The notes under the pieces are model-generated. The model was not told where the DNA came from and made no database searches. It saw only the letters and a program-made list of their open reading frames with translations. From Caldisericia bacterium (GTDB lineage Bacteria; Caldisericota; Caldisericia; JAAYUI01): DNA of 64,000 bases. Position 1 is the first letter of the stretch. Each line of letters opens with the position of its first letter. This document shows, piece by piece, positions 59,971-64,000 of this stretch. The position numbers and the translations under genes were made by a program. The stretch lies in assembly GCA_963674785.1 (NCBI GenBank), contig OY771555.1, positions 1,344,001 through 1,408,000 of the forward strand, written 5' to 3'.

Positions 59971-60375
59971 ATGATCACAGATCCAATAGCAGACATGATA
60001 ACCAGAATCAGAAATGCAGGAATGGTTGCGATGCCAACAACTGATGTCCCATACTCAAAAATTAAAGTTGAAATTGCAAGAATTCTCAAAGAATCTGGAT
60101 ATATCACAGACTATAAAGTAATCGAAAAAGAATCTGGAATCGGAGCAGACATAAAGGTATTCCTCAAATATAAAGATGGCGGAGAAGATCCCGTTATTAC
60201 CGGTATCAGAAGAGTTAGTAAGTGCGGAAGAAGAATTTACTATGCTCATGATAAGATTCCAAGAATCCTCAGAGGCATGGGTGTCATCGTAATGTCCACA
60301 TCAAAAGGACTCATGACTGATCATCAAGCAAGAAAAGTAAAACAGGGCGGAGAAGCGCTCATCGCTGTCTGGTAG
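59971..60375 (+). CDS. rpsH: 30S ribosomal protein S8
   Basis: DPIADMITRIRNA, STSKG. Confidence 0.98.
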   Translation: MITDPIADMITRIRNAGMVAMPTTDVPYSKIKVEIARILKESGYITDYKVIEKESGIGADIKVFLKYKDGGEDPVITGIRRVSKCGRRIYYAHDKIPRILRGMGVIVMSTSKGLMTDHQARKVKQGGEALIAVW

Positions 60376-60386
60376 GAGAATGTAAA

Positions 60387-60944
60387 ATGTCACGAGTAGG
60401 AAAAAAACCAATTGAAATACCAAAAGGGGTCGAGGTAAATATCGCCGATTCTCCAGCTGGACAGAAAGTCACAGTTAAAGGTAAAAATGGAACTCTTGAA
60501 AGAGTATTCCGTCCATCAATCAATATCTCGATGGAAGATGGAATTGTTAATGTTGAGCGTACATCTGAACTCAAACAGGTGAAACAGCTTCACGGAACAA
60601 CAAGAGCTCATATTGCAAATATGGTTGAGGGTGTTAGCAATGGATTTACAAAAGTCCTTATGATCACAGGTGTTGGTTATAAAGCAAATGCCCAGGGAAA
60701 CAAGCTTGTACTCAACCTTGGGTACTCACATCCAATCGAACTTTCAGTTCCAGAGGGTTTAAAATGTGAAACTCCAAAGGAAAACAGAATTGAAGTCTCC
60801 GGTGCTGATAAGGAAAAAGTTGGAGCTTTTGCAAGAGATATCAGGCAGTTTAGAACACCAGATCCATATAAGGCAAAAGGTGTGAAGTATAAAGACGAAT
60901 TTGTCAGACGTAAGAGCGGCAAATCAATGACTTCAGGAGATTAA
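60387..60944 (+). CDS. rplF: 50S ribosomal protein L6
   Basis: [23 protein letters not shown]. Confidence 0.98.
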   Translation: MSRVGKKPIEIPKGVEVNIADSPAGQKVTVKGKNGTLERVFRPSINISMEDGIVNVERTSELKQVKQLHGTTRAHIANMVEGVSNGFTKVLMITGVGYKANAQGNKLVLNLGYSHPIELSVPEGLKCETPKENRIEVSGADKEKVGAFARDIRQFRTPDPYKAKGVKYKDEFVRRKSGKSMTSGD

Positions 60945-60946
60945 TC

Positions 60947-61303
60947 ATGATAGTTTCTTTTGAGAGAAATAAAGAGAGATTACGTAGAAAACGTACGATC
61001 AGAAAAAAAGTAAATGGTACTCCTGATAAGCCAAGGCTTACAATTTTTAGAAGCCTTAAGCATATCTCGTCTCAGATTATTGACGATACAAAAGGTGTAA
61101 CACTTATTTCAGCTAGCACAATGCAGAGTAAAGATATCAAGGGTAGTAATGTCGATTCAGCAAAGAAAATTGGGAAACTAATTGCTGAAAAGGCAATTGA
61201 AGCCGGAATCAAACAGGTTGTTTTTGACAGATCTGGTTATCTTTACCACGGAAGAGTTAAGGCTTTTGCAGATGCTGCAAGAGAAGCTGGACTCAAGTTC
61301 TAG
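60947..61303 (+). CDS. rplR: 50S ribosomal protein L18
   Basis: [20 protein letters not shown]. Confidence 0.98.
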   Translation: MIVSFERNKERLRRKRTIRKKVNGTPDKPRLTIFRSLKHISSQIIDDTKGVTLISASTMQSKDIKGSNVDSAKKIGKLIAEKAIEAGIKQVVFDRSGYLYHGRVKAFADAAREAGLKF

Positions 61304-61320
61304 GGGTTAGGAGAATCATT

Positions 61321-61854
61321 ATGCCACAGGATAACAACAGAAGAAGATTTAACAAAGAAGAGTATGATCCCTTTGAAGAACAGATTGTCCAGATCGACAG
61401 AGTCAGCAAAACTGTAAAGGGCGGAAAAAGAATGCGTTTCAGAGTTCTTGTTGTTGTTGGTAACAAGGATGAAGGAACCGTTGGTGTCGCTCTTGGCAAA
61501 GCAAAAGAAATTCCTGCTGCAATCAGAAAAGCTGTAACACGTGCAAAAAGAGACATGATCAAGGTTCCAAAAAGAGGAACAACAATTCCACATGATATTA
61601 CATCAAGAATTGGTGGAGTAAGAGTTTATCTTGCCCCAGCTGTTCCTGGAACAGGTATTATTGCAGGTGGTATTGTACGTATGGTTCTTGAGAAAGCCGG
61701 ACTTAAAGACGTTATTTCAAAAGCACATGGTTCAACAAATGCTATGAACCTTGCAAAAACAACACTTAAGGCCATCAAAGAACTCAAAGATCCAGTAGAA
61801 TATGCCAAACAGAGGGGTATTACTGTTTCCCAGATGTTTGGTACAGAGGTTTAA
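61321..61854 (+). CDS. rpsE: 30S ribosomal protein S5
   Basis: RVSKTVKGGK, PGTGIIAGG. Confidence 0.98.
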   Translation: MPQDNNRRRFNKEEYDPFEEQIVQIDRVSKTVKGGKRMRFRVLVVVGNKDEGTVGVALGKAKEIPAAIRKAVTRAKRDMIKVPKRGTTIPHDITSRIGGVRVYLAPAVPGTGIIAGGIVRMVLEKAGLKDVISKAHGSTNAMNLAKTTLKAIKELKDPVEYAKQRGITVSQMFGTEV

Positions 61855-61855
61855 T

Positions 61856-62437
61856 ATGAACTTACATACACTTAAACCAGCAAAAGGCTCAAGAAAAGGC
61901 AAGAGACAGATTGGCAGAGGTCCAGGCTGCGGAAAAGGCAAATGCTCAGGTTACGGACACAAAGGAGCAAAAGCACGTTCAGGCCGTGGTAAGGGTTACG
62001 GAAGCGGTTATGAGGGTGGAGCAACAAGAAGTTACATGCGTCTCCCAAAGATCAGGGGATGGAGAAACAAGCTCATCAATCCTATCAAAGTCGCTGAAGT
62101 AAAACTTGCTGATCTTAATGTCATCCCAACAGGAACCGAAGTCGACTTACAGACCCTTAGAGATTTTGGTCTTGCCAGAAAAACCGATCAGGCTTACAAG
62201 ATTCTTGGTGGCTCAGAGATTACTGTTGCACTTAACTTCAAAAAAGCAAAAGCAACAAAGAGTGCCATTGAGGCAATCAAAAAAGCTGGCGGTTCAATTG
62301 AGATCGATACTTCAAAAGAGGACAGACCAGCAAGATTTGGTAAAGATGGCAAATATGCTCAGCCAAAAAAAGCTAAACCTGTCAAAGCAGAAGCACAAAA
62401 AGATGAACCAGAAGCTACTTCTGAACAAGGAGAGTAA
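61856..62437 (+). CDS. rplO: 50S ribosomal protein L15 with a C-terminal extension
   Basis: MNLHTLKPA.GS, GRGPG.GKGK, YEGG; start at ATG 61856. Confidence 0.97.
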   Translation: MNLHTLKPAKGSRKGKRQIGRGPGCGKGKCSGYGHKGAKARSGRGKGYGSGYEGGATRSYMRLPKIRGWRNKLINPIKVAEVKLADLNVIPTGTEVDLQTLRDFGLARKTDQAYKILGGSEITVALNFKKAKATKSAIEAIKKAGGSIEIDTSKEDRPARFGKDGKYAQPKKAKPVKAEAQKDEPEATSEQGE

Positions 62438-62439
62438 AG

Positions 62440-63756
62440 ATGTTCAAAACCATTAGAAATGCCTGGAATATTCCTGAACTAAGAAACAGGGTCTTTGTAA
62501 CACTCGGGTTATTTATCCTGTTTAGGTTGGGTAACCATATCACAATCCCTGGAATCAACAGGCTTGCATTGTATGCTATGAAACAGCAGGCAGGTTTTAT
62601 GGGTTTGATGGATATGTTCTCTGGTGGTGGACTCCTTAAGATTTCGGTTTTCTCACTTGGAGTTATCCCGTACATTAACGCATCAATTATTCTCAATCTT
62701 CTTCAGTCGGTCATTCCTGCTCTTGAGCGAATGGTTCAAGAAGAGGGCATGGAAGGCAGAAGAAAGATGGCACAGATTACCAAGTGGGTCACTGTTGGTC
62801 TTGCATCACTTCAGTCAGCATCATTTGCTTTCTTCCTCTACCCAAACATCCTTAAGGCAAATGCAGCATTTTCAGGTATTGATCTATATGCAAATCCAGA
62901 TTCGATTTGGCTGAAGATTTTTGTCACATTTGTTCTGATTGCCGGCTCATTCTTGCTTGTTTGGCTTGGTGAATTGATGACCGAAAAGGGAATCGGAAAC
63001 GGTGTCTCTCTTATCATCTTCGCCGGAATTATTGCAAGAGTTGTCCCAGGATTCCAGGTTGTTATTGAAGGAATCAAGGGTAATGCAGCATCATGGTTCG
63101 GTTTTGGAATCTATATTGCGATATTTATTGCCTTTATTGGAACAATTATCTGGGCATATGAAGCGGAGCGAAGAGTTCCTGTGCAACACGCGAAAAGAAT
63201 TGTCGGAAGGAAGATGTATGGTGGTCAAACCACATATATCCCACTTAGGCTCATTCAGGCCGGTGTTCTGCCAATTATTTTCGCATCTGCTGTAATCACA
63301 TTCCCACAGATTATCGGAAGCTTTATTGATCAGACTGCTTGGTGGAATACGGTTGTTGTTGCCAACCTCACTCAGACAAGTAAGCCACTTTACAATATCT
63401 TATTCTTCCTGCTTGTTGTATTCTTCACATATTTCTATACCGCAATGCAGTATGATCCAGAAAAACTCTCGTCTGATCTTCAGAAACAGGGTGGATTTGT
63501 TCCTGGTGTAAGACCGGGCGAGGCAACAAAGAAATACTTCCAGGGAGTTTTATCGAAGGTAACACTTCCAGCTTCAATCTTCCTTGGTTTGCTTGCCGTA
63601 TTACCAAACCTTCTGCTTGCAGGCGTTCCACAGTTTGCCAGTATGTTTATTGGTGGAACAGGAATTCTCATTGCAATCGGTGTTTCACTTGAAACCGTAA
63701 ACCAGATTGAATCATATCTCACCATGAGAAACTACGAGGGATTCTTAGGAAAATGA
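62440..63756 (+). CDS. secY: Preprotein translocase subunit SecY
   Basis: SLGVIPYINASII, GIGNGVSLIIF, AGVLPIIFA, PGVRPG. Confidence 0.99.
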   Translation: MFKTIRNAWNIPELRNRVFVTLGLFILFRLGNHITIPGINRLALYAMKQQAGFMGLMDMFSGGGLLKISVFSLGVIPYINASIILNLLQSVIPALERMVQEEGMEGRRKMAQITKWVTVGLASLQSASFAFFLYPNILKANAAFSGIDLYANPDSIWLKIFVTFVLIAGSFLLVWLGELMTEKGIGNGVSLIIFAGIIARVVPGFQVVIEGIKGNAASWFGFGIYIAIFIAFIGTIIWAYEAERRVPVQHAKRIVGRKMYGGQTTYIPLRLIQAGVLPIIFASAVITFPQIIGSFIDQTAWWNTVVVANLTQTSKPLYNILFFLLVVFFTYFYTAMQYDPEKLSSDLQKQGGFVPGVRPGEATKKYFQGVLSKVTLPASIFLGLLAVLPNLLLAGVPQFASMFIGGTGILIAIGVSLETVNQIESYLTMRNYEGFLGK

Positions 63757-64000
63757 GGCTAATTCTGCTTGGAGCACCCGGATCAGGAAAAGGAACCGCA
63801 GCACTTAAGCTGGCTTCTAGATTTGGTATTGAGAATGTTGTTGCATCAACACTCTTAAGAAATGTCTACGAGAGTGGTTCACCTGATGGTAGCAAGATTA
63901 AGGAGTTTATGGATTCCGGTAATCTTGTTCCCGATGAGATCGTAAACAGAATTGTTTTGGATCATCTTAAGGGTTTAAATGGTTATGTTTTAGATGGTTA
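63753..64000 (+). CDS. adk: Adenylate kinase (3'-truncated)
   Basis: ATG overlapping the secY stop; MRLILLGAPGSGKGT...GNLVPDE...GYVLDG; not in the ORF track because it runs off the window. Confidence 0.95.
   Translation, partial: MRLILLGAPGSGKGTAALKLASRFGIENVVASTLLRNVYESGSPDGSKIKEFMDSGNLVPDEIVNRIVLDHLKGLNGYVLDG

Overview
AT-rich bacterial chromosomal window from an anaerobe. C-terminal copper-amine-oxidase-like 'stalk' domains, an archaeal-type peroxiredoxin and an Mvh/Hdr cluster are compatible with Caldisericota or a similar deep-branching lineage (inference only). In order it contains: (1) a 5'-truncated repetitive beta-helix surface protein, a response regulator and two paralogous membrane proteins; (2) rhomboid, lgt, ridA, and an operon with a membrane protein, polA, coaE, a RecB/Cas4-like nuclease and a lipoprotein; (3) an HD hydrolase, peroxiredoxin, amidase, flavoprotein and unknown genes; (4) a 10-gene hdrC-hdrB-FAD/NAD oxidoreductase-polyferredoxin-mvhD'-hdrA-mvhD-mvhG-mvhA-protease operon; (5) REP-like palindromes, a tRNA-Gly(CCC) with a degenerate tandem copy, and a membrane protein with an integrase-like N-terminus; (6) a serine-biosynthesis operon behind a structured T-box-like leader; (7) two membrane proteins with Ada-like zinc fingers and a four-gene minus-strand operon; (8) the str-S10-spc ribosomal superoperon through secY and partial adk, lacking rpmD. 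The most promising lead is the extra module in the Hdr-Mvh operon: a polyferredoxin ending in a copy of the HdrA C-terminal domain, followed by a second MvhD. This suggests one hydrogenase docks on either HdrABC or an NAD(P)-linked flavoprotein. No CRISPR array, rRNA or intact transposase was seen. All calls come from reading motifs by eye; no searches were run.
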